Under the pieces are notes generated by a model. That model had not been told where the DNA came from. It made no database searches and saw only the letters and a program-made list of their open reading frames with translations. Position numbers and translations under genes: made by a program. From positions 186,001-250,000 of the forward strand of contig OW569371.1 in NCBI GenBank assembly GCA_937625935.1: 64,000 nt of DNA, in the 5' to 3' direction. This DNA comes from Tetramitus jugosus (lineage: Eukaryota; Protista; Heterolobosea). This document shows positions 24,094 to 36,723 of this stretch, piece after piece (the first letter of the stretch is position 1; each line of letters starts with the position of its first letter).

Positions 24094-27000
24094 TTACTGT
24101 TGTGGCTCACGAGGTTCAACAATTAAGCTTTGCTTATACAGGGCAGATTCATCCATGATGTCGTCGCAGACGAGGAATTTTTGTCGCAATTCGGGCACAA
24201 TGTTAATTTGATAAGGTTTTTGTTGCAACATTCTAATGTTGGCAATGACTTTGGCAATCTTCCTTCTCTTAGAGTAATTAATCAAGTTGTTCTTCGTCAA
24301 ATCGTTATTTCCTTCCTCAATGAATGTTAAATCGGTTAAGAAGAGACCCACATATGGTACACATGGTGGATCACTAATCAAGATGGCATTTCGCATTGCC
24401 TTTGAGTTTCCACTGACACTGACAAGATCCTCCAATTCTGTCAAAATTTTCATCTTTTTCTGGGAAATTGTTTCCCATGATTTCTTCAATCGACGAACAG
24501 AGCTATTGTTCAGGGCGCCCATGATGGTAAATATACCGTCAAAGTTGTTGAGTTGTCTACACTCCTTTGCGACCAGAATCCAATACTTGATTATCAGACC
24601 ACGCTTCTTTGGTGTATCCTCGCGGATGATACATGTGGCAATCCATGAGGAAACCTTGTTCAACTGATCCACAAGTTTGACAATGTGAGGTGATCTGGTG
24701 TGCTTGTCTGGCTTGCTCCAACCAAGTTTGAAGCACTCACGTGGCTTAATCCTGCTGAATATTCCGTACTCAATCAGAGTCATTTGTCTTGCAGTTTCAA
24801 TTGGAGACCAATCAGTGATTGGAATCTTGCTATTGGATTCAACTGCTTCTGCATCTGTTCGATTGATGTATGATGATGGAAGAATACTGGGTGGTGTTTT
24901 CTGACTGAAAAAGTATTCAACTGCAAATGTATAATCATCCTTGGAGTCACTGTCAGCTAATAGAAGAGACACAACAGAGTCACGCAATCTCTTTGCGAGT
25001 CCCAAGTAGGTTGCTACAGTCTTCGGATTCGTTCCCATGTTGGGAGTTACAGGGAGTACAATGATATTACTGGCAAAATCAACCACATCTCTTTGCAAAA
25101 AGATGAACATACTGGCAAACAGGGAAGGAGTAAAGTCATATGGATGATTGGACATCCAATGCTTGATCGAATTCAACAATCTAATGACTGTAAATTCGTG
25201 CCACCTGTTAGGATCAAGTGAAATGTGTCTAAACTCTGCAATAATGTAGTTCAAGACCTGTGCGGGAGTGGCAAAACTTCGGTAGGTGAGGAAGAAAATT
25301 TCGTTATACTTTCTGTCTTCTTCCTTACCACTGCTGTTTGGTTTTTGGTTGACCAATCTCCACACGAGTTGTTCCAATGTGCCGCTCTTGATATATGTTT
25401 GTTCGTCATATTCCAGTACTGCAGTGTTCTGAGGATTATCAGTCGAGCTATCATCAGTTACTTCAATTGGTTGTGTGGTGCTGGGAGAATACGATGAAGA
25501 TGCAAGAGCATACGTAGTTTGAATACTTGAGCTGAACTCAGAGACCTCATCACAACTGGCTGTAGCGTTTGACGGACGAGTAAGTGTCGGATTCGTGGTG
25601 CCTGACAGACCCAATGGATCTACAAAGTCTTCAACAATTGCAGGCAACTGATCAATGGCAGTAATGTCGGGATACACAGTGTGCAAAAGTAAAACTACCT
25701 TCTCCAGGAAAAGATTAAATTTGACATCGCTTGTTTGTTCATGTTCATCATCTGAGAAATTCCTAACAATGAATTGATAGTTGGAAATTGAGCAAGCATA
25801 AAGCCATTTCCAATAGCAGTTACTCGAGACGAGACGACTCTCAATGAGCTTCCTTATGATGGCATAGAGACCGTCTAACTTTCCCACAAGCTTTTCTCGC
25901 AATGCAGGTATTTCTGACATGCGTTGCAATAGCTTGGCAATATAGAATATTACAAAGGCCAAGAATGGTTCATTTGATGAGGACTCCAAGCCAAATTGAG
26001 TAAAGTTAGTAATGGATGGAGGACCATATGCATAGCAATCATTCAACCATGAGCCAGAATCCTCAGCCAAACGAAGGAAGAGATCATATGACATATCAAT
26101 CATTTTTGTTGAGCGGGAATCGATATGAGAGTCACTCGGTGTCTTCTCACCATCTGAACTAGATGACCCAAATGAGGAGAGCACTAACGTCAGGAAGGTG
26201 ATAAATTGATGTCTTGTAACACCTGAATTTTGCTTCAATTCATTGGCTCCCTTACGCTCAAGTAATAACGTGAGAATGTCATCGTTGTTCAACTTGGACA
26301 AGACAAACAATGCAAATTGCAAGTGTTCCTTGAGTGCTGGTTGCTTCAGGTTGGCCAAAAGAATTTCGTACTTGTTGCAAAGAACGTACACGTATGGGAA
26401 AAATACTCTTCCGATAAGTTGCAGCTCTAGTGGTCTCTGCTCCCTTGGCAATTCAGTGGATTGTTCATACCTAGAGAAGACATATTGAATAGCCTCACAC
26501 AATAGTGTCTGGATATCAGAATCTGAAAAGTGTGAGTTAATTACAGCCTCAGTACAAATGGAGAGAAGCTTCACAGGAGGACAAGAACAAGTCTCTCGAA
26601 CGTATTCCTTTGGATGGTACGTAGAGTTGTTCAATGCAAGGAAGTGAGTATGATCGCTAACCACTCTGAATAGGGCAATCTTGAGTTTAAGAGTCGAGGC
26701 AGACGCAACTGATGAAGGTTCCGGTGCGGTTTCTAAGAATCGACGCTTAATGCTGTCTCCTCTTGAGCGCTTCGTACTAAATTCATCGAGCGATGCTAAA
26801 TAAGTATCCATCAGCAACAGAGCATACTCAACAGGGAACATTCCACTGGATATCAGACCACGTACCATGAATCCCACCTGAGTATTAATAGTTTGTGCAA
26901 TCATGACATTGGCATCGTCCTTGTATTGGACAGCTTTTTCAGCTAGGGTCTTGAACAAATCTCTGAGCAGCGTATACAACTTTTCAGCTTGAGCTGAGTA

Positions 27001-30000
27001 TGTTGTCGGCTTTGTTGTTCCATAAAATGAATCACCTTGTTTCATTTCTGATTGAACAGTAATGAGGAACGACTTGAGTATCATTTCAAACCAGAACCAA
27101 CAAACCTGGAGAGATTCATAGAAAAGAGGACTCTCATTGGCCATAATTCCCATGACACCTCGGTAGGAGGAAGCAGAAGAATATCGACTATTGCTCACGG
27201 ATTCGAAAGCACCGCTCTTTGCTCGATCAGAAGCATCGATATTTGCTAAACTCTTACGCTTGATTGCCCGCAATATATTTTGACTGTCAGATGATTGGTC
27301 TTTGATATCAGGTGTCTCGTCAAAGTATGCACTGACAGTGATTGATGAATCGCTAGCACTGAGAACATTTGTCCAAACTTCGCACAAAATAAAGCAGAAA
27401 GGACTGGTAGTCATGATTACATCCTTGAAGATGTATTGTACATAAGAGGAGAGAAGCCTGTTGCCTCTTCCGGAGGTATCCTCAGCATAGCATGCACTCT
27501 TTAGGAGAGACACCAAAGCTTGGAATGCAAGTGTTTGCAATTCGAACAACGACGTGCTCACACTCAGGAAATCACTAATGTCATCAGAGAGAGTATTTTC
27601 TGTTTGACTTAGACCTCTCTTCTCTCTTCTTTCTGCCAAATCCTCTAATCCCTGGAAGAATGTTGGCTCGGTGGGAGAAAATGGATCCTCACCCTTCTTT
27701 TGATTACCGAGATTGAAAAGCGAGAATCGCTTATTCTTATTATCCACGGCATTGGAAAGTGCAGTGAATAAACGAGATTGGCGCTTGGAATTTGGTGATG
27801 CAGTAGTTGTGTTCGACTGAGTTTGGGCTGCGAGGTATGCTTTCAAATCAAAGTCTGAATCACCGGGTTTGGCGGCATTTACCTGTTGATCTATCGAATC
27901 AGAATTACGAGATCTTCGAGTAGCTATTGAATTTCTGCTCCTTCTCTGATCTTCGTTCTTCTCAAGGGCACTCAAGAAATTTGGAGAATTAGATACGACT
28001 TGATCAGCTCTAACGCTACCACGATAGTTAGTGGCAGATATGGACTGACGAATCTTTCCTCGTTGCTGACTCACGTTGTCCATTGAAATACCAAGATCAA
28101 TGTTCATGTTATTTGGTGGAGGCTTTGCGAATGTCTTCTCCGCGCTCATATCAATATTTTCAACAAAGTTCTTCAAGACGTCAGGAGTTCGACTCATCAT
28201 CGATACGAGCATATCGATAATGAGTGTATAATGGCTCACTATCCTGTTAAAAGGCAGCTTCATCAGTGTCCTAATGGCAGACATTGCCTTCTTCAATGCA
28301 TCAGAAATAAACCTCATATCGACATTTGGTGTCAACTGTCTATCGACCACATTCAGGAATGGACTACAGTCTTTAAAGAACGAATTCAATGATCGTTCTC
28401 TGGGGTATATCGTACTCTCCAATTGGGTAGTGAACTTGAACACATTAACCCTGGGATCATAAGTATTCGGCTTGTTGCCAATTGGATTTGGTTTCAGCAA
28501 CGGCATTATGATATTTTGTGATTGTTCTTGCCGAGACACAATATCTAACAAGGAGAATTCACATGTGGCCAGGAGAATCTTTGGAACATCACCTCTTTCA
28601 TTCAAGGTCTTTCTTCTCTTAAGTCCCTTCTCAATCACCAAATGATAGAAGTTAAAGACGACTCGTTGATCATCCGACTTGATAGGTAATGGTAAAGCAA
28701 GTTTAACCTCATCAATAAAACTTGGCTTCTTGTCGTCATAAGTCACACTGCAAAAGTATGAAGTTTGAAGCTGCAAAGAAGAGCTATGCTGGGAGTAATG
28801 TGGAGGATAAATGCGAGGCAGGGTTGTGCCATTCTCCTCTCGAGTTGTAATTTCGAGCAGGATATTACGTGGCTTCAATTTGGTTTTGTCTTCTAACCTT
28901 AACCTTGTCAAATCTACACTGAAGGGATAAATATATAAATTATGGGCAAAAGTGAAGAATGGGGAGCTAGGTGCAACACCACTTGGCAATAGTTCTTGAA
29001 CCATGAGCGGAAGATATGACTTTGGTTCCTTTCTCAAATGTTGATTTGAACTGTTCAATATTCCACCAAGTAGCGTTAATGTTGAAGTATTGGAATGCTT
29101 GCTGTTTAAGTCGGACACATTGATCAAACTCTTTCTTCTGTTGGCCATTGTTGCTTCTCTTTCCTGTAATCTTCTCAGGGCTTCATGCTCCTGCTCCTCT
29201 AGTTCTTTAAACTGTTGTTGCAGCACAGGGAGTTTGTTGTCGTTGAATTGCTGGATTTCATACATGGCATCTTGCAACTGAACTGAGCCACCATAGGACA
29301 ATCTCTGCGTCAGATTGCTGTCCAGATATAGCATATATGCACGATACAATAGATCATTTTCATACAGATGAGCATCAAAACTCTGAACTTGAAACATAAA
29401 CCAACCTGGAATTCCCTTATACTTCTTACTAATGTTCTTGGACTGATTCTCCATATGACCATGCAACAAAATATCTAACTGGGTCACGTGAGATGGTAAC
29501 GCAGTCACAGACACAGAGCACTGAGACTGAATGTTTGGAATCAAATTCGTGTAGAGCTCATGGTAGGAACAAGGAGGGAAAAAATGTGTCATTGCAATCA
29601 AGAAACCATCATGTCCATAGGGATGTTTTGGATTCTTTAGCTGGCCGCCACTAGAACTATTGGTGCCCATGCTAGGTGTATTACCTCTGTGAATCAATGG
29701 AGCAAAGGACACGCAAAATGGTGTCATATGAGACTTCAAACCAACATTATCTGTTGGCATCGTTGCCGTTTCAATAGAATCCATTGATGAATGATCATCC
29801 ATCATCAACGCTCCATTAGTACTATTCAGTGACATCACTGTTCCATTCTTCTTGCCCAACAAGCTTGATTTACCGTAGACTTGATCTCTCGCTTGAGCAT
29901 TCAACGTTCTCCAGACCCACATTACCACATAGATATCATTGGGTCTCAAATGTTGATTCGTCACTGAGAAAATACCGTTGCCGCCACTGACGCCATGATC

Positions 30001-31255
30001 CTTGACCTTTCGCTTCATATCCAAATCCTCATAGAAATCATTCACCATACCAAATGAGTTTCTGTGGAACCATATGCGCTCACTGATGCGTTTCTTGTGT
30101 TTCACATCCACGAGCTCCAACGAACAAAACAATGGCTCAGTAAACTTGCTCTGAAACCGCAGAGCTAAGCACTTGAGGAGTAAGTGTTGTTGAGTGGAGA
30201 ATGTGGATGGATGATTGTTGTGCGCTGTGCTGAACGGTTGCTTGACTGACTTGAACGGTGGAAATACATTCCGGTCACTGAACAAGGCCTCTATTGATGG
30301 TGGTAAGATGCTCGTCGGAGCTGATGTCGTAGAATCGGTGTTTTGATTTGTTTTGTCCGATGATGTTGAGTTGTTGGGTGGATTTACAAAAAGATCCATA
30401 TTTTGCATCACAGTAAATTGGCCGTTGAACAAGTGGAGGCACTGTTGAGCAAATGGTTCCAAGTTTCGAATCGAAACATTTGCACTGTTAGCAAACTTTA
30501 GCTTATCATTGATATTGTTGTTGGCATTGTTGTTGTTGCTGTTGTTGTTTTGATTATTATTTGTATTGTTGAGTGAGATGACTGACTCGCTTCGTGCACG
30601 TATCGACGACTGTATCGAAGCTAACAATGGCTTCACAGCAGACGATGGCCCTCCACCATTCTCATTGTCGTTATGAGTGTTGTTGGCTGTAAAAGAGGAC
30701 GACGATGCTGCTGCTGCTGTTGTTGTCGATAAAGTGCTGCTGTTGGCAATCGTAGATGTATTGTCATCGCAAGACTGTTCCATGCTCAATTGCAACAATG
30801 GTGCACTCGCATCTAATCACAAAAAAATGAAGAGACATAAAAATAATACAGTAAATGTCAATGAACATTGTCCTCCCTCCATACGTATGAACATACACAC
30901 ACACAACAATAAAAGAATTTCATGATAAAAAGAAGCAAATTTTTTTTCAAGGCGCGAGACTGTGCGGGTATACGTTACCTTCGTGATATGGCTTTGGAAG
31001 AACAAAGGAAGACACTCGGAGATAATCTGCGTCATCCGAAGATGGATCCCTATTCTGTTGTAATTGTTGTTGTTGTTGCGAATTTGCTCGTGGACTCACA
31101 CTTGGTGGCTCACCAAAGTCAACGACCACTATATTGCTATTGTTGTTTGCTGTTTGCTGTTGCTGTTGTTGCTGCTGTTGAGGAAGAGGAACTTCCAAGA
31201 AGCAAAAATCATATTTTTGATGTTTTTGGTCAATTGTGACACTATCACGTTTCAT
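24094..31255 (-). CDS. Large RasGEF with a DOCK-like N-terminal half (DOCK-type C2, REM, CDC25); intron 30813-30978
   Basis: EPLFCSLELVDVKHKKRISE and HNLYIYP..RNILLEI..SVTYDDKKPSFIDEVKLALP..FNFYH (DOCK C2); IKSGTLEQLV..FFLTYRSF (REM); ARQMTLIE..NNFDG..PPCVPYVGLFLTDLTFIEEGN..LINYSKRR (CDC25). Confidence 0.85.
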
Positions 31256-31612
31256 TTGATTTGCAGTTGGTTTTGAAGAAGAATGTGTATGCTGTGGTGA
31301 GTGTCCCTCTTGCCAATTGGTTTTCAAAAAATATTGTTGGTCTTCGATGTGAACTGGGTGGGATGTCTTTTGTGTTTCTGATGGCCGTTTTTGTGATTCT
31401 CACGTCAACTGTTAGGTTCATGTCTCGTGAGTTTCTCCGGTGTGACAGTTGCAGTGCAAAGCTCAAAGATCAACTCCCTTGTTCGACCAGTCTCGCGTCC
31501 TACATAACCGTTTTTTCTCAATTCTCGAGGGCTAACTCTTTCCGGACTTTGACAAACAAATAAATGGAAACTTTCTTTTTTATTGACACGCACCAAACTC
31601 GGGAACAAGCGC

Positions 31613-32218
31613 CTAATGCTCTTCCTTCTCTTCTTCTTCCTGTTGTCTCGTTCTATCATTTGGATACATCGCGCCCATCGCTTCCTTAATTGAAGTTTCT
31701 CTCTTGGTTTCTCGTCGTCTCAAAAACAGATAACTGGTCAAGAAACCAGCACTACTGCCGTACATGAAACCGAGCACCACACTCGTAATTTTCACCATTT
31801 TGCTATTTTTACTGGCGGCATTTATCGCGGAAGAACCTTCGGCGCTGTTCATTTTTCTCTTGAGGTTCCAGAGACGATAGGACGCTCCTGCAGCTCCAGC
31901 CACAAATGAAAAGAGATAGGATTGTTGGAGTGCACTCTGTGATTTGGCAATATCACTGGCAAAGGGTATGAGGGCAAATCGTGAGGCACGCTTTTCAGTT
32001 TCCAGTGTAGAAGCTGACGATGATGATGATGTTGTCAAGTCATTTGCATTGGGCGCATTTGGATTGTTCAAATAGCTTGGGCGCTCAAGTGAACTTGATC
32101 CACTTTTTTCATACCATGGTGCGCGTTTGAGTACAGTGTTGCTCTCTGGTGCAGTGTAGACAATGTAGGATCCTGTTGTTGTTGTTGTTGGTGTTGTTGA
32201 TTTTGTGGATGATGACAT
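31613..32218 (-). CDS. Hypothetical small two-TM protein
   Basis: 201-aa ORF with two Gly/Ala-rich hydrophobic segments. Confidence 0.55.
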   Translation of the reverse strand: MSSSTKSTTPTTTTTGSYIVYTAPESNTVLKRAPWYEKSGSSSLERPSYLNNPNAPNANDLTTSSSSSASTLETEKRASRFALIPFASDIAKSQSALQQSYLFSFVAGAAGASYRLWNLKRKMNSAEGSSAINAASKNSKMVKITSVVLGFMYGSSAGFLTSYLFLRRRETKRETSIKEAMGAMYPNDRTRQQEEEEKEEH

Positions 32219-32360
32219 GATTTGTGTGAATTGTTGGGCGCCAAAAGATTTCGAATGGTTGAATTCAATTAAGCTTTGGCTGATCTTGTGTTTCTGGTGG
32301 AGTTCGGTATGATTTATTTATTTTTTTTATGAGCTGTGGGTTTCCAAATCTTTTAGTGAG

Positions 32361-34976
32361 TTACACTATTCGATAGAGAATGGAGTCTGATGTCGATGTG
32401 GAGGTGATAATTGAGGATGGTTCATAGGTCTCGTCCGTCGTGATGATATCAGTCAAGCTCGTTGGATTGTTCCTGTACAAGGTGCCAACGTAGTCGATTC
32501 TTCTTTGTAATTGGTGAGGCTCATACGTTCGATAGAGCCGACCTGAGACTGTCGTGTGTGTTGAGGTATTAAGATCTTGCTCCCAAGAAAACTTCTCAGG
32601 GGTCTCTCCTTTTCGTTTCCGTACGAACAAAATAGTTGAAAGAATAAGGATGGCGAGTATGATGCCAGTGAAAATAGGTCCCATCACTGAGGGTACAATA
32701 ATGGCTACTAGCCTCATCCGAGGAGAGAGAGCGTTGTCCATTCTTTCTGGAAAAGAAATGTTGAGAGTGGGGATGATCTCCATACCAATTCTATCGATAA
32801 ATGATTCAAGATATCCGGCAGAAGTACTACTTTGACCTATTTCAATGGAGAACTCGCTGTTATAGATCTTATCCCGGAACGAATTAATGTTTCGCTCTTC
32901 TATGTCATAGCGTATTGTAACACTCTTTTCAAGTTCTTCATCATGAAGTGTTGATTCTACTCGCCAGTATTGATCACCTGAGAGTGAGAGATTCATGTGG
33001 CTCACTCTCAGTTTAAGATTGTAGAACTTGTTCATGGAGAAGTCGCACCATTGTTCCCGGGACATGATTACATTGTTTAGAACAATAACGATCGAGAATA
33101 TTGTTCCATTGGAAACTTTGGTTAGTTTTGTTGAGATTGTTAGAGATGCACTCTGTGCAACCAAAGATAAATCCATCATATCTCCACTGTCAACATTGAC
33201 TTCGTTTGATACTTTAAAATCTAAGAAGGTTTGTGTTTCAGAGATCGAATATGTAGATCTAGTTTCTACATATCTTCGAGGTTCGGACGTGGAGTCATGC
33301 TTAGAGAACAACCTTATGCAAGACCGAGGCGATGTTTGTGATGATGGAATATATTCAATACCGAGACTAGATGTGACAGGAATTGTGTCTCTGAACACTG
33401 AGGATACGGAGTTCAATGAATCGAAACTGTCTTCAAATATTGTGCTTCTCTCCAAAATATATCTCAAAAAGAACAAACCACTATTGGACAACATGTTAGT
33501 GTACTCACTCGTTGAGACTTCTACGTGCACCAATATTTTTTGGGGGCGGAATGTATCTAGATTTGGTACAGAGCATTGAATATTTCTGCTGCTGGGATCA
33601 ACGTTCATTGCATCTACTTCAAAGGTCCTATTCTGGGGAAGAATATGGAATAAACATTTGTACTTGATGCTCCAGGAACTTATGTATGCTAGCTGGATAC
33701 CAACAAGAGAGCCAGAAAAAACAGAAGTAGGTGAGATACTGTCTATCCTGTCGTTGTAAATCCTCAAAGCAACAGACGAACATAATTTGCTTTCTAATGT
33801 TGTCGCACTATAGAGGACTGTAACCAACATCGAGGAGTTCGATGGAGTGATCAAGCTACCATTAATTATTCCCTTAAAGCATAGTGACTCACTGCAGAGA
33901 CTCAAAGGAAATCGCACTGGAGATGGAGAGACATCAGAGTACAAGACTGATGTGTAGGTGAAATTAGTTCCAAACATTAGATTATCTCCGATCAAATTTG
34001 TTGTTGTCAGAGTGTGTGTTGGTATCTCATTCGGGGAAGTTGCTCTTAGAAGTGGGTTCCAGTGTCCCATGATTCTTTTCCCATTATAGATCGAGAAAAA
34101 GGATGAGACGTTATATTGATGAATTGGAATTGACGTGTCATGAAGATATAGCATTTGATTGGAGGTAGAGTCCACAATAGCGATAATATCCTTTGTCTCG
34201 TGCTTTGTTGATGTTGAAAAAGTTGATGCTAGAGTTAACAATTCGATCCAACTACTTGAATCAAAATACGACACCTTATTTCCGTCCACCCGATACAAAA
34301 CGTCATTGAAGAAGAAAATCGAGTCTGGTACCGTGGAGAGCGTTGTTATAACTTGATAATTACCATTATCATCCAACTTAACAAGGTTGATGGTCCTATT
34401 AGCCGACCGGAGAACGATATAGTATGATGATCCATATCTTGTAACTAACCTTTCACGATAATTATCATATGAAAAATAGTCAGGAACATCCATCGACTCT
34501 GAAATCGTTTCATCTGTAAAATTGATAACTCGACGCCAAACAACGACATTCATATAAAGGATGATCATCTTCCTAGCTGGATGCTCATAGGACACATGTA
34601 CAATCGAGTCAGTAGGGAGCGAAAGTAAATTTACTTCCACATCTTGTGTTATTCTTGTTGATAATAGTTTCAAGTGGTACAGCATGCCATTTCCGAAGTA
34701 GTAAATTAGACCAGAATCGGGATCGAAGAATAGAGTTCCTGACAATGCTGCCAATTCTGTTCTCAAGGAAACAGTCGATACTTGTTCTCCATACTTTGGA
34801 TTGATTAAGTACATATTCGTGCTGTCGACCGCAACAATAAGGGTAGTATTCTCTGATTGACAAATCTGGCGACAAGTATTGTCATTCTCTGGGCAAGAAA
34901 ACCCATACGGAGTGACAAGATGGGCACATAATAAGCATATAAAAACTAACAAAATGGTGGCCATGGAATGTCGCAT
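32361..34976 (-). CDS. Type I membrane/surface glycoprotein of unknown function
   Basis: Signal peptide, long beta-rich ectodomain with N-x-S/T sites, TM helix followed by RKRK, short tail. Confidence 0.7.
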   Translation of the reverse strand: MRHSMATILLVFICLLCAHLVTPYGFSCPENDNTCRQICQSENTTLIVAVDSTNMYLINPKYGEQVSTVSLRTELAALSGTLFFDPDSGLIYYFGNGMLYHLKLLSTRITQDVEVNLLSLPTDSIVHVSYEHPARKMIILYMNVVVWRRVINFTDETISESMDVPDYFSYDNYRERLVTRYGSSYYIVLRSANRTINLVKLDDNGNYQVITTLSTVPDSIFFFNDVLYRVDGNKVSYFDSSSWIELLTLASTFSTSTKHETKDIIAIVDSTSNQMLYLHDTSIPIHQYNVSSFFSIYNGKRIMGHWNPLLRATSPNEIPTHTLTTTNLIGDNLMFGTNFTYTSVLYSDVSPSPVRFPLSLCSESLCFKGIINGSLITPSNSSMLVTVLYSATTLESKLCSSVALRIYNDRIDSISPTSVFSGSLVGIQLAYISSWSIKYKCLFHILPQNRTFEVDAMNVDPSSRNIQCSVPNLDTFRPQKILVHVEVSTSEYTNMLSNSGLFFLRYILERSTIFEDSFDSLNSVSSVFRDTIPVTSSLGIEYIPSSQTSPRSCIRLFSKHDSTSEPRRYVETRSTYSISETQTFLDFKVSNEVNVDSGDMMDLSLVAQSASLTISTKLTKVSNGTIFSIVIVLNNVIMSREQWCDFSMNKFYNLKLRVSHMNLSLSGDQYWRVESTLHDEELEKSVTIRYDIEERNINSFRDKIYNSEFSIEIGQSSTSAGYLESFIDRIGMEIIPTLNISFPERMDNALSPRMRLVAIIVPSVMGPIFTGIILAILILSTILFVRKRKGETPEKFSWEQDLNTSTHTTVSGRLYRTYEPHQLQRRIDYVGTLYRNNPTSLTDIITTDETYEPSSIITSTSTSDSILYRIV

Positions 34977-35038
34977 CTTGAAAAGTTTTTTCGCAAAACG
35001 TCTTTTCCGTAGTTAATAGAAGAAAAAACAAATAAGAA

Positions 35039-35110
35039 TGAGGAGTGAGCGAATTGAACGCCCGACCTGCTGATCTGGAGTCAGATGCTCTACCGCTGAG
35101 CTAACCCCCC
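35039..35110 (-). tRNA. tRNA-Trp (CCA)
   Basis: Reverse complement GGGGGGTTAGCTCAGCGGTAGAGCATCTGACTCCAGATCAGCAGGTCGGGCGTTCAATTCGCTCACTCCTCA; cloverleaf, anticodon CCA. Confidence 0.9.
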
Positions 35111-35125
35111 GAACACAGAAAGTCT

Positions 35126-36564
35126 GGGATTCGTTCTCGCCCGGTTTATGTACACACAAAAAAAAACAAAACACGCCGATGAAAAAACGAACACACACCC
35201 CTGTTGTTCGAGAGTATGAGAATCCACGCTATGCTGTGTGGACCACAGCACCAAAAGGAACTGCTCCAAGCAGCAAGGAGGTCATCATCACTGGAAAGTG
35301 TGATGACTCTCCCAAAGCTGCCTTGGCCAAGAAGATTGGCTTGGACTTTGGTGATTTGCTCACCAGGGTCCAAGTCATCAAGAAGGGCCCCAAGAGGTTT
35401 GTTGCGTGGGTAACTGTTGTCGATGACAACATTTACCCATTTGTTGAATCCTTCAACCGCAACAAGAAGATGAGTGGCTGCAAGGCAGCACTCAAGCACA
35501 ACGTTGATTGTGCCAAGAAGGTCGTCCTCCACGGCGTCAAAGGTAAGACGGAGGACGACATCAAGGCCATGCTCGGCACAACAAAGGTCAAGAATGTGCT
35601 CAAGAAGCACAACACTGCCTTTGTTGTGATGGAGTCTGAAACGTATGCCGAAGCTTTGCTTCGGAACGTTCAAGCCATGCCAGTGGAGGTGGAAGCAAAG
35701 CGCTTCCTTCCACGCCCACGTGACCCTGTCAAGGCTGTCAGCAAGAGGCTGACCAAGATGTACCAAGAGCTCCTGGCTGTGGTGGACGACCTGCGCCACC
35801 AAGTCAGTGTGTTAAAAGAAATGGCTTCCGACAACCGGATTCCCCTCGCGTCCCCGTCTCCAAGGACGCCGGACCGAATCTCCGAATTCGAACCTTCGAC
35901 TCCGTCTACGACCGATGACTGGGAGTCGATCATGCCGGAGTCCCGCCCCGTTACTCCAACTACGGTCACCCAAGAGCCAACCAACAACACCATTGATGAG
36001 GATGCTCGTAACAGAGCAATCCTCGAGCTAGTATTGAACACCTCCGAGGTGTTCAAGAAAGCCAAGAAGGAGATTGCTGCCCGAGCAATCATGGTGGACC
36101 GTGCAAGAAGCACAACCACCCAAGAAGATCCAGTTGAGTTGGATCTCTGTAACCCCGACTGTGAGTTACAGAGTCCCCAACTCAACGAAAACAAGAAGCG
36201 ATCAGCACGTGTCACCGTTGGTGACACTGCTGCCAACAAGATCCCGACCAGGTTGGCCAGCATCAAGTCACAAGTCAGGTGCTCTCCGTAGGTCCTACCA
36301 ACTGGCTAGGACTACGGAACCAGCTGACCTCACCAGTGGTGCTCCAGACGGTAGTGGAGGCCCTCGCAACGAATCCCTGAAGAAGGGATCAAAACAACAT
36401 TCCAAGAAGAGAATGAATCCTGTTGCGTAGGCCTGCCACTCCACTGGGCAAACACCACACCATGTTAGACAATTGAGAGCAGGCAAGCCTGCTCTCACAC
36501 AAAAGAAAAATAAAAGTTCCGCAACGTGGTGCTCACGCACCATTTGTTGTATTAAAAAAAAAAA
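35126..36564 (+). mobile_element. ORF1-only poly(A) retroelement just upstream of tRNA-Trp, 5' end toward the tRNA
   Basis: Ends ACCATTTGTTGTATT(A)11, nearly identical to the terminus of the element at 56306-58041 (ACCATTGGTTGTATT(A)n); candidate TSD AACACAGAAAGTCT (35112-35125) / AATACAGAGAGTCT (36563-36576). Confidence 0.65.
35179..36291 (+). CDS. ORF1/gag-like protein (basic, RRM-like repeats, coiled coil)
   Basis: 370 aa; KVVLHGV..TAFVVMESETYAEALL is RRM-like, then heptads LTKMYQELLAVVDDLRHQVSVL; lies inside the poly(A) element. Confidence 0.5.
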   Translation: MKKRTHTPVVREYENPRYAVWTTAPKGTAPSSKEVIITGKCDDSPKAALAKKIGLDFGDLLTRVQVIKKGPKRFVAWVTVVDDNIYPFVESFNRNKKMSGCKAALKHNVDCAKKVVLHGVKGKTEDDIKAMLGTTKVKNVLKKHNTAFVVMESETYAEALLRNVQAMPVEVEAKRFLPRPRDPVKAVSKRLTKMYQELLAVVDDLRHQVSVLKEMASDNRIPLASPSPRTPDRISEFEPSTPSTTDDWESIMPESRPVTPTTVTQEPTNNTIDEDARNRAILELVLNTSEVFKKAKKEIAARAIMVDRARSTTTQEDPVELDLCNPDCELQSPQLNENKKRSARVTVGDTAANKIPTRLASIKSQVRCSP

Positions 36565-36723
36565 TACAGAGAGTCTTTTTTTTTGTTTTGCTTTGCCCAG
36601 TAGCTGCCCCATCACTCAAGAACGAATTTGTTCTCACTCCCTCTTATCACTTACAGCTGGCTAGACCAGCTGAATTGACGAGGACAAATTACTTCCTGAC
36701 TGTTAAGCACCTACCACACAAAA

